From contig ONAT01000005.1 in NCBI GenBank assembly GCA_900315885.1, positions 1,068-65,067 on the forward strand: 64,000 nt of DNA, read 5' to 3'. Both the position numbers and the translations under genes were made by a program. Below are positions 19,902 to 29,829 of the stretch, in pieces; the first letter of the stretch is position 1, and each line of letters opens with the position of its first letter. The stretch comes from an uncultured Erysipelotrichaceae bacterium. Its GTDB lineage: Bacteria > Bacillota_I > Bacilli_A > RFN20 > CAG-826. The notes under the pieces are model-generated. The model was not told the DNA's origin. It did no database searches and saw nothing but the letters and a program-made list of their open reading frames with translations.

Positions 19902-21632
19902 ATGAAAATTAAACAAATTATAATTATAGGGACATTGTTTTCATCGTTTTTATGTACACCTAGAAATGAAAAGACAAATTTAATTGAGAACAATCAAGAA
20001 TTTATTACTAACGACATAGTTAGAAATAATCAAAACGCAAAACGCAAAATTATCGCAACACAATCGTCGAAATACTATGTAACATTTGATTTGAATGGTG
20101 GCTTATATGATGACAAATATTCAAAACTTGAAATAATAGCGGATAGTAATTCACTAATAGAAAGTCCTAATTCTAAATTGTGCTCTAGGTATAATTCTAG
20201 TTTTAATGGATGGTATACTGAATCAAATGTAAAATGAAATTTTGAGACAGATGTTGTGACGAGTGATACTACATTATATGCAAAATGGATGTGGAATAAT
20301 GCAAAACGCATTGATGATTTTCAAGAACCATGGAATGGCACAATTGGTGGTTATTTAAAAACAAAATATTACAATTCATCTAAATGGACTATGATTAGTA
20401 ATAATTCTACAAGAAAAGTTAATGGATACATACCTATTGAGATGCAAGGGGAACTAACTGAAGGCGCATTGTTTCCGAAAGAAGATGTTTTAACTGCTGT
20501 AAAGAGTTCTGGTGTTGCAAGTACGTATGGTGGATGTGGGCCTATTGCAATGATGGGAATTATGGATTATTATGCTAGATATAGGGGTTATTCATCTATT
20601 ATGAATGATCCAACAAATAAAAAAGATAGAATTCAACTTGCCTATGACATATTAAGAAACACTAAAACATCAGAGATTCCAATAGGCAAAGAGTCGACAC
20701 AATCTGGTTCTAATATAAAAACATCTACTTTGACATTGCCTGATGATTATGTAGAAGGTTTTACAAAAGTAATGAAATTATACGGATTAGATAAACAAAT
20801 TACTGCAAAAAATTATGGTGGATTAAATATTTTTGATCATAAGAATTTATGCATAAAACATGCCAAAGAATCAATTGATAAAGGTATACCAGTTACTATG
20901 TATACTGGTGGTAAAGGTGAAAAAGGATTGTTTTCTGGACATTTTGTTAATTTGTATGAATATAGAGTATTTAAAGGGGTTGATAGATTTGGAAAACCAA
21001 TCACACAAACCATTTTTAATGCAAGGCCTAATTTTGGATTTGATCAAATTAGCGATGCCTTTGCAGATGCTGATGTACTTGATTTTGCTTTGAGTGGAGT
21101 TATTATATATGATGTCAAAGACAGCAATCAATTAATTAGGGCAATTGATTTTTCAAGAGACTTTGTTAATGATAATGGACAAGGTCAATACTTTTTTTAC
21201 AATAAGACTGCAAATATAACTACTTCTGATGGATTTACTTTTGGAACAAGTAGACTAAGATGTGGATATATTGAAAATCAATATTTGGTTTTATCTGCGA
21301 ATAGAAGTGGAGCTGGGCATGCTTTTCTTGAAATGAACTTTGATATTAACATCAAAGCAATGAATTTTGATATTTCATTATGGGGAGATTTTGAAGGACT
21401 TGGTTATCAAGATTCTATTAAATTATATTATAAAGATGAAAATAACGAGTGGCAGGAGCATATGAGTTTTCTTCCACCTTCAATGTCTACATTCAAGGAT
21501 TATCCAGATAATTATTACACAGTTTTCCCAGCTTTAACTAATGGTATTAAATTTGAGGTTATTGAAATGAATCCATCTGGTAGCAGGAATAAAGGCCGTG
21601 TTATTTTAGGAGATATGAACTTGTTTTATTAA
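19902..21632 (+). pseudogene. Secreted protein (signal + InlB-B/Flg_new repeat + papain-like C39-type peptidase + C-terminal beta domain), broken by one in-frame TGA
   Basis: ORFs 19842..20237 and 20256..21632 share a frame: YYVTFDLNGG...GWYTESNVK*NFETDVVTSDTTLYAKW. Catalytic-like GCGPIA...GHFV. Confidence 0.75.
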
Positions 21633-21655
21633 TGTTTAAATAATATACAATCAAC

Positions 21656-21694
21656 ATATAAAGCAATTGAGATAGAACTTGATTGCTTTATATA
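21656..21694 (+). terminator. Hairpin terminator after the peptidase-like gene
   Basis: ATATAAAGCAATTGAG-atagaa-CTTGATTGCTTTATAT. Confidence 0.7.
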
Positions 21695-21802
21695 TTACTA
21701 CTATTCACATTCAATATTTATAAGTGAAGTTTTGAATAGTTTGTTATTAAGATTTAATGCATATCTAAGAAAAATATTAATGTTATAGAGAGGAAAGTGT
21801 AT

Positions 21803-22288
21803 ATGAAAAAACTTATATTAGTTTTGGTGAGTATTTTATCAGTTAGATGTGAAATCAAACTGAATAGAAATCATGAAGATGAATTAGTTACAGGAACTTT
21901 ACAATCACAAATGTTTGATGATGGTGAGGAATTTTCATATGGAAAAGTAATTATTGAAGAGATAACATATGATGAATATAAACTTAAAAATGGAGTAAAT
22001 GTAATTGTGGATTTAAAGCCCAATGACGCTGTAAGGAAATATTGTTCATTGGAATTTTCGTATTATGATAAGAATGATAAGAAGATTCCAATAGAAATTA
22101 CTGATTTAGAATATTCTATTGGTACAAGAAATCGTTATTCTGGTGAAATCAGTTATAGAAAAGAAGAAACGAATTATTCTGGTGGTATGACATTAGAAGT
22201 GTGTGAATTTGGTGTAAAAATCGGAACACATGTCAATAAACATTATATTGAAGGTTTTTATACCAACAACGAAATTTGGCCATATTAA
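21803..22288 (+). CDS. Small exported/lipoprotein-like hypothetical protein
   Basis: GAGGAA RBS; MKKLILVLVSILSVRC (imperfect lipobox). Confidence 0.7.
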   Translation: MKKLILVLVSILSVRCEIKLNRNHEDELVTGTLQSQMFDDGEEFSYGKVIIEEITYDEYKLKNGVNVIVDLKPNDAVRKYCSLEFSYYDKNDKKIPIEITDLEYSIGTRNRYSGEISYRKEETNYSGGMTLEVCEFGVKIGTHVNKHYIEGFYTNNEIWPY

Positions 22289-22567
22289 ATTAGTTGTGGT
22301 ATATCATACATAAAAAATGATATTTGTTTTAATAAGCGTTTTGTCTATGTGATACGAAATGAAAGATTTATATATTGATAAATAATGGTTGTTATGATTT
22401 TTTTGCATTTAGGAATGACGGCTTTTTTCTTAGTTTAGTCAAAAAATCATAATGATTTGACCTCACGTATAGTGTGAGTATGCAACTTCATTTTATCCTA
22501 AAGATATATAATTTTATTATATAAATAAACAATTAAAAAGAGTGATTTTTGGCAATCACTCAATAAA

Positions 22568-23374
22568 TTATTTTATTATTTCTTTTAAAGCGTACATAAT
22601 ACCATCATTATCATTATCAAAAGGAGTAATAATTTTAGCGTGTGATTTAGTAAAATCATCAGAATTCTTCATGGCAATAGGAATTCCTGCAAGTTGAAAC
22701 ATTTCAACATCATTACTTGCATCGCCAATTGCAATAATATGGTCATGAGGAATTTGATAGTATTTAGCAATGTGTTTTAAACCATTTGCTTTAGAAATGT
22801 TTTTAAAATATATTTCAGAATATAAACTATACATACCATTCCAGAATCTTAAGTGTAATTCTGGATGTTTTTTTATAGCGTCAATTATTCTTTGATCGTA
22901 TTCTTTTGAATAACTTTTCATAATCATTGTCATTGGGTCTTGATCTAGTGTTTTAGTAATATCACCTTTTATTATTTCCATTTGGTCAGTCCAAAAGAAA
23001 CTTTCTAATGTTGGATCATCTTTAATTATCCATAATTCTTTATTTGTTTCACACATGACATTTTCAATGTATTCATTACCGACATCATTATATATTTGTT
23101 TAATTACTTCGTGTGGGAAAGCAAAAGATATTTCTTTGAAATTAGGATCGTTTGGTGAAAGAATATCAGCCCCATTATAACAAACAAGAGGTGTGGTTAG
23201 TTCTAGTTCATCATAATACCTTTTAATCGCGCGTATTGGTCTTCCTGAAGCTATAACGACAATATGACCTAAAGAAGCTAGATGCTTAAGGTATTCTTTT
23301 GTTTTAGGACAAATTTCCTTTTTTGAGTTCAAAAGGGTTCCATCCATATCAAGGGCAATTAAATATTTTTCCAT
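22568..23374 (-). CDS. Cof-type HAD-IIB hydrolase
   Basis: DMDGTLL, ASGR, SKANG, IGDASNDVEM. Confidence 0.93.
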   Translation of the reverse strand: MEKYLIALDMDGTLLNSKKEICPKTKEYLKHLASLGHIVVIASGRPIRAIKRYYDELELTTPLVCYNGADILSPNDPNFKEISFAFPHEVIKQIYNDVGNEYIENVMCETNKELWIIKDDPTLESFFWTDQMEIIKGDITKTLDQDPMTMIMKSYSKEYDQRIIDAIKKHPELHLRFWNGMYSLYSEIYFKNISKANGLKHIAKYYQIPHDHIIAIGDASNDVEMFQLAGIPIAMKNSDDFTKSHAKIITPFDNDNDGIMYALKEIIK

Positions 23375-23426
23375 ACTTTTCCTTTCTAAAATCAAATATA
23401 TTTACATATTTTTTAATGGTGATTTT

Positions 23427-23690
23427 ATGATAATTTATCGTTTGACGATGTTTGTAATTGGTTTAATTCTTGCAACAACTGGTATGATATTTTTTGTTTT
23501 ATACATATCACTTTTAAATTACGGTTTAACAATTGGCGAGTTTATTGTATACATACTAAAAACACAGGAATTTTATCTTCTCCCATTTGGAGTATTTCTA
23601 ATGTTTTTAAGTTTATTTGGTAAAAAATTTTGGAATGTTATTCAAAAACTTAGAGAAGGCCGACAACATCGTGAACGCGTTTTAAAGTAG
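23427..23690 (+). CDS. Small membrane protein
   Basis: Two TM segments; 3' end overlaps the trpS 3' end. Confidence 0.65.
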   Translation: MIIYRLTMFVIGLILATTGMIFFVLYISLLNYGLTIGEFIVYILKTQEFYLLPFGVFLMFLSLFGKKFWNVIQKLREGRQHRERVLK

Positions 23691-24627
23691 CATTAGCGAT
23701 ACTCTTTGCTTTTTCAGCGCCACGATTTAAAACTTCATCAACATAATTTGAAGCAATAATTTCTTGGTAACGCTTTTGGAATGGCTCAATTTCTTCAATA
23801 ACTGCATCAGCGACAGCTTTTTTGAATGTGCCATAATTTGCTCCTTCAAATTCTTTTTCGGCCTCAGGAATGGTTATATTCTTTAAAGAAGCGTATATTG
23901 TTAGTAAATTGGAGATACCAGGCTTGTTTTCAACATCATATATTACGACTGATTCACTATCGGTAACCGCGGACATGATTTTTTTACGAATTACTTTAGG
24001 GTCATCTTTTAAGAAAATATCACCTTTTTCGTCGGATTTAGACATTTTCTTTGTTGGATCAGAAAGAGACATAATTCTTGCTCCAACTTTAGTTACGACT
24101 GCTTTTGGCATAATGAGAGTATCACCATAACGGTGATTAAATCTTTTGGCTAAATCACGTGTTAATTCAACGTGTTGGATTTGGTCTTCACCAACTGGAA
24201 CAATTGTTGCGTCGTAAAGCAAGATATCCGAGGCCATTAACACTGGATAAGCAAAAAGGCCTAAACCGATTTTCTCTTTGTTTAATTTTTGACTTTTATC
24301 TTTAAATTGTGTCATACGAGAAAGCTCACCCATGTATAAGAAGTTTTGCATAATGGCGTTTAATTCTGCGTGTGCGGAGACATGAGACTGTAAAAATATA
24401 TTGCATTTATTTGGGTCAAGACCTGCGGCTAAATAAAAAGCGGCAATATCTCTGCTATTGGTTTTTAATTCAAGAGGATCTATTGGTAAAGTTAAAGCGT
24501 GTAAATCGGCAATAAAGATAAAACATTCGCCTTGTTCTTGAAAGTTTTTAAAATTTCTTAAAGCACCAATGTAATTGCCTAAAGTTAGTTTTCCTGTTGG
24601 CTTAATGCCACTTAATATTCTTTCCAT
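23650..24627 (-). CDS. trpS: Tryptophanyl-tRNA synthetase
   Basis: SGIKPTGKLTLGNYIG, VPVGEDQ, KMSKS. Confidence 0.97.
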   Translation of the reverse strand: MERILSGIKPTGKLTLGNYIGALRNFKNFQEQGECFIFIADLHALTLPIDPLELKTNSRDIAAFYLAAGLDPNKCNIFLQSHVSAHAELNAIMQNFLYMGELSRMTQFKDKSQKLNKEKIGLGLFAYPVLMASDILLYDATIVPVGEDQIQHVELTRDLAKRFNHRYGDTLIMPKAVVTKVGARIMSLSDPTKKMSKSDEKGDIFLKDDPKVIRKKIMSAVTDSESVVIYDVENKPGISNLLTIYASLKNITIPEAEKEFEGANYGTFKKAVADAVIEEIEPFQKRYQEIIASNYVDEVLNRGAEKAKSIANATLKRVHDVVGLL

Positions 24628-24781
24628 TATGATGACCTCCACAATATTAATAAAATTATATTCTAAGCGTTATTTAAAGTCAATTTTTAAAAAGTTGAGC
24701 AAATAAGCACCAAAAAGCAAAATAATTGTTGTCTATTTGTTATTTTGTTATTAAAATAACAATGCGAGAGGAGCGATAAGA

Positions 24782-25216
24782 ATGATTAAGGTTTACACTT
24801 CCCCAAGCTGTTCATCTTGCCACAAGGTGAAAAATTGGTTTACGGAACATAAAATTCCTTATAAAGAAAGAAGCATCTTTTCCGCTGCATTTAATGAAAA
24901 AGATGTCTATGAAATATTAAGCAAATCAGAAAATGGTACGGAAGATATCATTTCTAAAAAATCAAAAATAATTAAAGAAGGTAATTACGATATTGATAAA
25001 ATGTCGACAAGCCAACTTGTAAAATTTATTCTTGATAATCCAACTGTCTTAAAACGACCAATTATTGTTGATGATTCAAAAATTCAAATCGGTTATAATG
25101 CTGAAGAAATTCGTGCATTTATTCCAGAAGAAGTTCGGCTCCTTGCTCGTCTAGCATGTGCTAAAGATTTGTGTAAAAAATACGAATCTTGTGAGCATAA
25201 AAAAGATTATGAATAA
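24782..25216 (+). CDS. spx: Spx/MgsR family RNA-polymerase-binding regulator
   Basis: YTSPSCSSC, ENGTEDIIS, LKRPII, GYNAEEIR; trpS-spx-CYTH-NAD kinase synteny. Confidence 0.92.
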   Translation: MIKVYTSPSCSSCHKVKNWFTEHKIPYKERSIFSAAFNEKDVYEILSKSENGTEDIISKKSKIIKEGNYDIDKMSTSQLVKFILDNPTVLKRPIIVDDSKIQIGYNAEEIRAFIPEEVRLLARLACAKDLCKKYESCEHKKDYE

Positions 25217-25232
25217 AAAGAATAGAGCGGAT

Positions 25233-25805
25233 CTATTCTTTTTTTATCGTCATAAGTGTGCGTTTATGTTTAGTTATTTTATTAAATTCTGTAAAAGTAA
25301 TGTTATTGTTTTTTAGTATGTCTTTTAAGAACTCTTCAGCAGTTTCTTTTGAAGTGCTTTCTACTTCGAGTTCGTAATCAACGTGATTATTATAATAACT
25401 CTTATCAAGACATATAATGTGAGGAGTAATTTTACATTCCATTCTTATAGTTTTTAACGATCCGACAATATGTAAGTTATTTATTCTATACGTTAAAGAG
25501 TTAGTTATTTCATTTTGAATGTCTTTTGAATTAAGATAAGTGTTAAATTGTTCTTCACTTAACGTAGTAGTGGTTTCCTTTATTCCTTCTTTAAGAGGAG
25601 TTTTAAGTGTCATTTCATAGTATTTTTGTGTTGCGCGTATTCTTAAGCCTAAACCAAGTTTATGTAACTCTAAGTTATCATTATCAATGTAATAATTCGT
25701 TTGTGTAATCTTATCAGGATTAAACTTGATTAGAGCATTTAAAAGTTTTTCATATTCACTTTCGCTTAGTAATACTTTTGCTTCATATTCCATACTATTT
25801 TGCAT
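25233..25805 (-). CDS. CYTH domain protein (YjbK-like)
   Basis: EYEAK, QTNYYID, LRIR, TLK, LDKSYY...DYELEVE. Confidence 0.9.
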   Translation of the reverse strand: MQNSMEYEAKVLLSESEYEKLLNALIKFNPDKITQTNYYIDNDNLELHKLGLGLRIRATQKYYEMTLKTPLKEGIKETTTTLSEEQFNTYLNSKDIQNEITNSLTYRINNLHIVGSLKTIRMECKITPHIICLDKSYYNNHVDYELEVESTSKETAEEFLKDILKNNNITFTEFNKITKHKRTLMTIKKE

Positions 25806-25870
25806 TGACTTTCATCTCCTAAAAAACTTATTATTATGATACAATAATAAAAAAGAAGAATAAAGAGGCG

Positions 25871-26674
25871 ATGACTTTGAAATACAGTATATGTTTTAAA
25901 AAAGAAGCAATTACAGAGATGTACATTGATAGTTTTAAAAAGAGACTTTCAAAAGATGGTTTTGTCTATGATGAAGAGAATCCAGATTATGTGTTTTTTC
26001 TAGGTGGAGATGGAACTTTTTTAAGGTCGGTTCATAAGTATATAGATATTGTTAATAGAATTAAATTTGTAGGCTTAAATGCGGGAACACTAGGATTTTT
26101 CTTAGACTATTCCACAAGAGACATTGATAATCTAATTAACGATTTACTTAGTGGTAATGTTTTAGAAACAACATATCCATTGTTGCAGGCAACGGTGATT
26201 TCTAAAAAAGAAACTCGCCAAATATACGCAGTAAATGAAGTGCGTATTGAAAATCCTTTTAAATCATTAGTTTGTGATGTATCAATTAACGAACATAAGT
26301 TAGAAACTTTTGCGGGCAATGGCTTAATTGTTGCTTCTTCACTTGGAAGCTCGGCTTATAACAAATCTTTAGGTGGAGCGGTGATAGAGCATAATTTACC
26401 TCTTTTAGAGATAAGTGAAATTGCATCTATTCAAAATAATGCATATCGTTCATTAGCCTCTAGTTTAGTCGTGGGTGGCGATAGAGTTATTTCATTCTTT
26501 GGCAAACTTGATGAAGTAGTAATAGGTTATGACCATGAACTAATTAAAGACATGCGTCGTGTGAATGAAATAAAAATAACTTTATCAGACAAAAAAATTA
26601 CACTCATTCGTAAAGTTGATCATAACTACATTGATGTTTTAAGAAAAGCTTTCATTATAGATAAGGAGTTATAA
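25871..26674 (+). CDS. ppnK: NAD kinase
   Basis: GGDGTFL, GTLGF, NE, GSSAYNKSLGG. Confidence 0.92.
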   Translation: MTLKYSICFKKEAITEMYIDSFKKRLSKDGFVYDEENPDYVFFLGGDGTFLRSVHKYIDIVNRIKFVGLNAGTLGFFLDYSTRDIDNLINDLLSGNVLETTYPLLQATVISKKETRQIYAVNEVRIENPFKSLVCDVSINEHKLETFAGNGLIVASSLGSSAYNKSLGGAVIEHNLPLLEISEIASIQNNAYRSLASSLVVGGDRVISFFGKLDEVVIGYDHELIKDMRRVNEIKITLSDKKITLIRKVDHNYIDVLRKAFIIDKEL

Positions 26675-26676
26675 AC

Positions 26677-27042
26677 ATGATTCATTTAGATTTTGTTAAT
26701 TTTATTCGTGAAAATGCATTCTATATCGTTTTAGCGTTAGTAATTATTATTGCTATTATCGTGACGATTTTACTAGTGCGTAACAATAAGAAAAAGGCTC
26801 AAAGCGCGAATGATACTTTATTTAACAGCTTATTAGAGGCTCTAGGAGGAAAAGATAACATCTTATCTTTATCTGCGAAAATGTCAAGACTTACAGTTTC
26901 TTTAAAAAATGAAGATTTGCTTGATGTTAATAAAGTTAAGGAATTAGGTGTGACAAGAATTTTAAGAATGTCTAAAAAAATTATCTTACTAATTGGACAA
27001 CAAGCATCAGAAATAGAAAAGAAGTTTAAAAGCGACAATTAA
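26677..27042 (+). CDS. Membrane-anchored stand-alone PTS EIIB-like domain protein
   Basis: N-terminal TM + 'LLEALGGKDNILSLSAKMSRLTV'. Confidence 0.75.
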   Translation: MIHLDFVNFIRENAFYIVLALVIIIAIIVTILLVRNNKKKAQSANDTLFNSLLEALGGKDNILSLSAKMSRLTVSLKNEDLLDVNKVKELGVTRILRMSKKIILLIGQQASEIEKKFKSDN

Positions 27043-27059
27043 TGTCGCTTTTTAAATCG

Positions 27060-27416
27060 TTAATCGTTTAAATTTGGATAATATGGATTAGTGTATTGTG
27101 GATTTGAGTATTCCGTTTTTGGGTATGGTTGATTGCTATATTGTGAACTTCCATAAGGCTTAGTGGAGTATTGTTGGGCACCATATTGATTTGGTATTTG
27201 ATTTTGATATGTTGGTTGATAATTATATGTTTGATTTGTCGAATATGTTTGATTAGGTATTTGATAATAATAAGGAACAGGAGTGTAATACATTGGGCCT
27301 TGTTGATAATTAGGATATAAAGGCCCCTTGGTTGGGGCGAATAATCCTCCCACTAAAAGACCACCGACAAAAGGTAAGAAAGGACCAACAACACGAGGTT
27401 CATTATAATAATTCAT
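27060..27416 (-). CDS. Tyr/Gln/Pro-rich spore-coat-like protein
   Basis: 'GPFLPFVGGLLVGGLF' + Y/Q/P-rich tail; GGAGG RBS; sigmaK-like promoter upstream. Confidence 0.65.
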   Translation of the reverse strand: MNYYNEPRVVGPFLPFVGGLLVGGLFAPTKGPLYPNYQQGPMYYTPVPYYYQIPNQTYSTNQTYNYQPTYQNQIPNQYGAQQYSTKPYGSSQYSNQPYPKTEYSNPQYTNPYYPNLND

Positions 27417-27434
27417 AAAAAATCCTCCTAGTTC

Positions 27435-27460
27435 ATTTTATGAAACAAGAAGGATTTGGT
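27435..27460 (-). promoter_or_regulatory. sigmaK-like promoter
   Basis: AC-N16-CATAAAAT. Confidence 0.6.
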
Positions 27461-27466
27461 TAAAAA

Positions 27467-28006
27467 TTAAAGGTAATTCTTCATTTCTTCAATAGGTAAG
27501 CCCATAACGTTATAATAGCTACCATCAATTTTTTTAATTAATGGAAAATTCTTATCTTGAATGCCATATGCACCTGCTTTATCTAATGGCGATTTTGTGG
27601 CAATATAAGCACTAATTAATTCATCAGTTAATTCGTTAAAATAAACTTTTGTTAAGACTGATTTTGTAATGCATTTATCTTGGGACATAATGGTAAACCC
27701 AGTTACAACATCATGTACATTATTTGATAATTCTTTAAGCATGCGGAAGGCATCTTGCTCGTCTTTTGGCTTGCCAAGAATTTCATTATTTAAAATAACA
27801 ATTGTATCCGCGGCAATAACAGTTGCGTCAGGATGCTTCTTAAATATTGCTTTCGCTTTAAGATAAGATAATTTTTCACTTAATTTATAAGGCGTTTCTT
27901 TGATTTTGCTCTCGTCGACATTTGATACTTCAACAATGAAGTTAGGAATAAGCATTTTTAATAATTCGTTACGGCGAGGAGATTTAGAGGCTAAGATATA
28001 ATACAT
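27467..28006 (-). CDS. maf: Maf nucleotide pyrophosphatase
   Basis: ILASKSPRR, AADT, ILGKP, DKAGAYGIQ, NVMGLP. Confidence 0.95.
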   Translation of the reverse strand: MYYILASKSPRRNELLKMLIPNFIVEVSNVDESKIKETPYKLSEKLSYLKAKAIFKKHPDATVIAADTIVILNNEILGKPKDEQDAFRMLKELSNNVHDVVTGFTIMSQDKCITKSVLTKVYFNELTDELISAYIATKSPLDKAGAYGIQDKNFPLIKKIDGSYYNVMGLPIEEMKNYL

Positions 28007-28007
28007 T

Positions 28008-29693
28008 TTAGTTATTCTTATTCATGATTACGGGAATAATCATTGGTCTCCTTTGTGTTTTCTTGAAGAAGAAGATAGATAATTGACTCTTAATGACGTT
28101 CTTTAAATCAGAAAATTTAACTTTTTCTTTCATTAAATCATCTAACACTAATTGGACATAGTTTTCAGCTTGACCAATTAAATTATCGTGTCCATAAGTG
28201 TAGACAAATCCACGAGTGTAAATTTTTGGGGCTTGCATTAAGCGATTATTTTTAGAATCTAACACTAATAAAACAGCGACCATGCCATCGTTATATAAAA
28301 TATCACGGTCATTAATGACAGCGCGGCACACACCAGAGACATCATTACCATCAATAAATACATCATCAGCTTGAATGTGTGGTCCTTCTGTTACTTTATG
28401 ATTCTTTAATTCTAAAACATCACCATTTCCTAAAATGAAGGTGTTTTCGCGAGGAATACCTAATGACACCGCAATATCAGTATGAATTTTTAACATACGA
28501 TACTCACCATGAACTGGCATAAAATATTTTGGCTTAAATAATTTTAATGCAAGTCTTAATTCTTGCTTTGAAGGGTGTCCAGAACTATGTAATGATAAGA
28601 ATACTGAATTAGTTAAAACATTGGCGCCTGCTTTAGTAAGGGTGTTTACAACACGATCAATGCTTGCTCCGTTTCCAGGAATTGGAGAAGATGAGAAGAC
28701 AACTGTGTCACCAGGAATAATTCTTAATGTTTTATGTTCACCGTTAGCGATTCTTGCTAAAGCCGCCATCGCCTCACCTTGACTACCAGTACATAGAATT
28801 GTGGTTTCTTCAGCTTTTATTGATTTAAGATTTTCAGCTCTTACTAAAGATGCATCAGGAATATGAATATAACCAAAGTTTCTAGCTGTTTCTACAGCGT
28901 TTTCCATAGAACGACCAATAATGACTATTTTACGATTGTGAGCAACACTAGCTTCGACAATTTGTTGGATACGTGAAATATTACTTGAGAATGTTGAGAC
29001 GATTAATCGTCCAGGAGCATTTCTAAAAACTTCATTAATTGAATTAATAACATTAGTTTCAGAAGGAGTGTAGCCTTCGATTTCTGCATTTGTGGAATCA
29101 GACATTAAAATGTCGACACCTTCAGTTCCTAATTTGGCCATTTTACCTAAATTAATATCTGGTCCAACAGGTGTTAAATCGATTTTGAAGTCACCAGTTG
29201 TGACTATGCGGCCTTCACTAGTGTCAACACAAATTCCAAATGAATCAGGAATGGAGTGTGTTACTTGGAAAAATTGGACAACAAAGGAATCTCCTACTTT
29301 AATAAAATCATTCTCAGTATATTCCACAATATTTACGCGCTCGCGGATATGCATTTCATCTAATTTGTGACGTATTAATGCTGCCGCAAGTTTTGGCGCA
29401 TAAATAATAGGAACAAAGATGTTTTGAATTAAAAAAGGAATTCCTCCAATATGGTCTTCGTGACCATGAGTAATAAACAAAGCTTTAACTTTTGTGCTGT
29501 TGTTTTTTAAATGAGTATAATCTGGTATAACGTAGTCGACACCAGGTAAACCTTCTTCAGGGAATCTAATACCTGAATCAATAATAATTATGCTTTTTGC
29601 ATCTTCGATGCAATACATATTCTTACCAACTTCTCCAAGCCCTCCGAGAGCGTAAATAGAAACTGGCAATTTTCGTGAAATCATCGCGGACAT
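28008..29693 (-). CDS. rnj: Ribonuclease J
   Basis: LGGLGEVGKN, THGHEDHIG, HSIPD, TGDFK, DSTNA, HSSGH, PVHGE. Confidence 0.97.
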   Translation of the reverse strand: MSAMISRKLPVSIYALGGLGEVGKNMYCIEDAKSIIIIDSGIRFPEEGLPGVDYVIPDYTHLKNNSTKVKALFITHGHEDHIGGIPFLIQNIFVPIIYAPKLAAALIRHKLDEMHIRERVNIVEYTENDFIKVGDSFVVQFFQVTHSIPDSFGICVDTSEGRIVTTGDFKIDLTPVGPDINLGKMAKLGTEGVDILMSDSTNAEIEGYTPSETNVINSINEVFRNAPGRLIVSTFSSNISRIQQIVEASVAHNRKIVIIGRSMENAVETARNFGYIHIPDASLVRAENLKSIKAEETTILCTGSQGEAMAALARIANGEHKTLRIIPGDTVVFSSSPIPGNGASIDRVVNTLTKAGANVLTNSVFLSLHSSGHPSKQELRLALKLFKPKYFMPVHGEYRMLKIHTDIAVSLGIPRENTFILGNGDVLELKNHKVTEGPHIQADDVFIDGNDVSGVCRAVINDRDILYNDGMVAVLLVLDSKNNRLMQAPKIYTRGFVYTYGHDNLIGQAENYVQLVLDDLMKEKVKFSDLKNVIKSQLSIFFFKKTQRRPMIIPVIMNKNN

Positions 29694-29829
29694 TATATAG
29701 CCTCCTAAACAAATGTAACGCAAATAAAAATTCGTTGCTCATTCGAATAATTATGAGTTATCTTAATAAAACATAGTAATTATATATGGAAGTAGTATAA
29801 AAGTAAATAGAAAACAAAGAAAAAAATCA

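Noticed and set aside
13173-20237. Genome-wide UGA=Trp recoding
   Set aside because: Genes end in TGA (2935, 54857), core genes have no internal TGA, and the CNNM pseudogene also has a TAG stop and a frameshift
24630-24780. T-box leader for trpS
   Set aside because: Gap is short and no T-box consensus is visible
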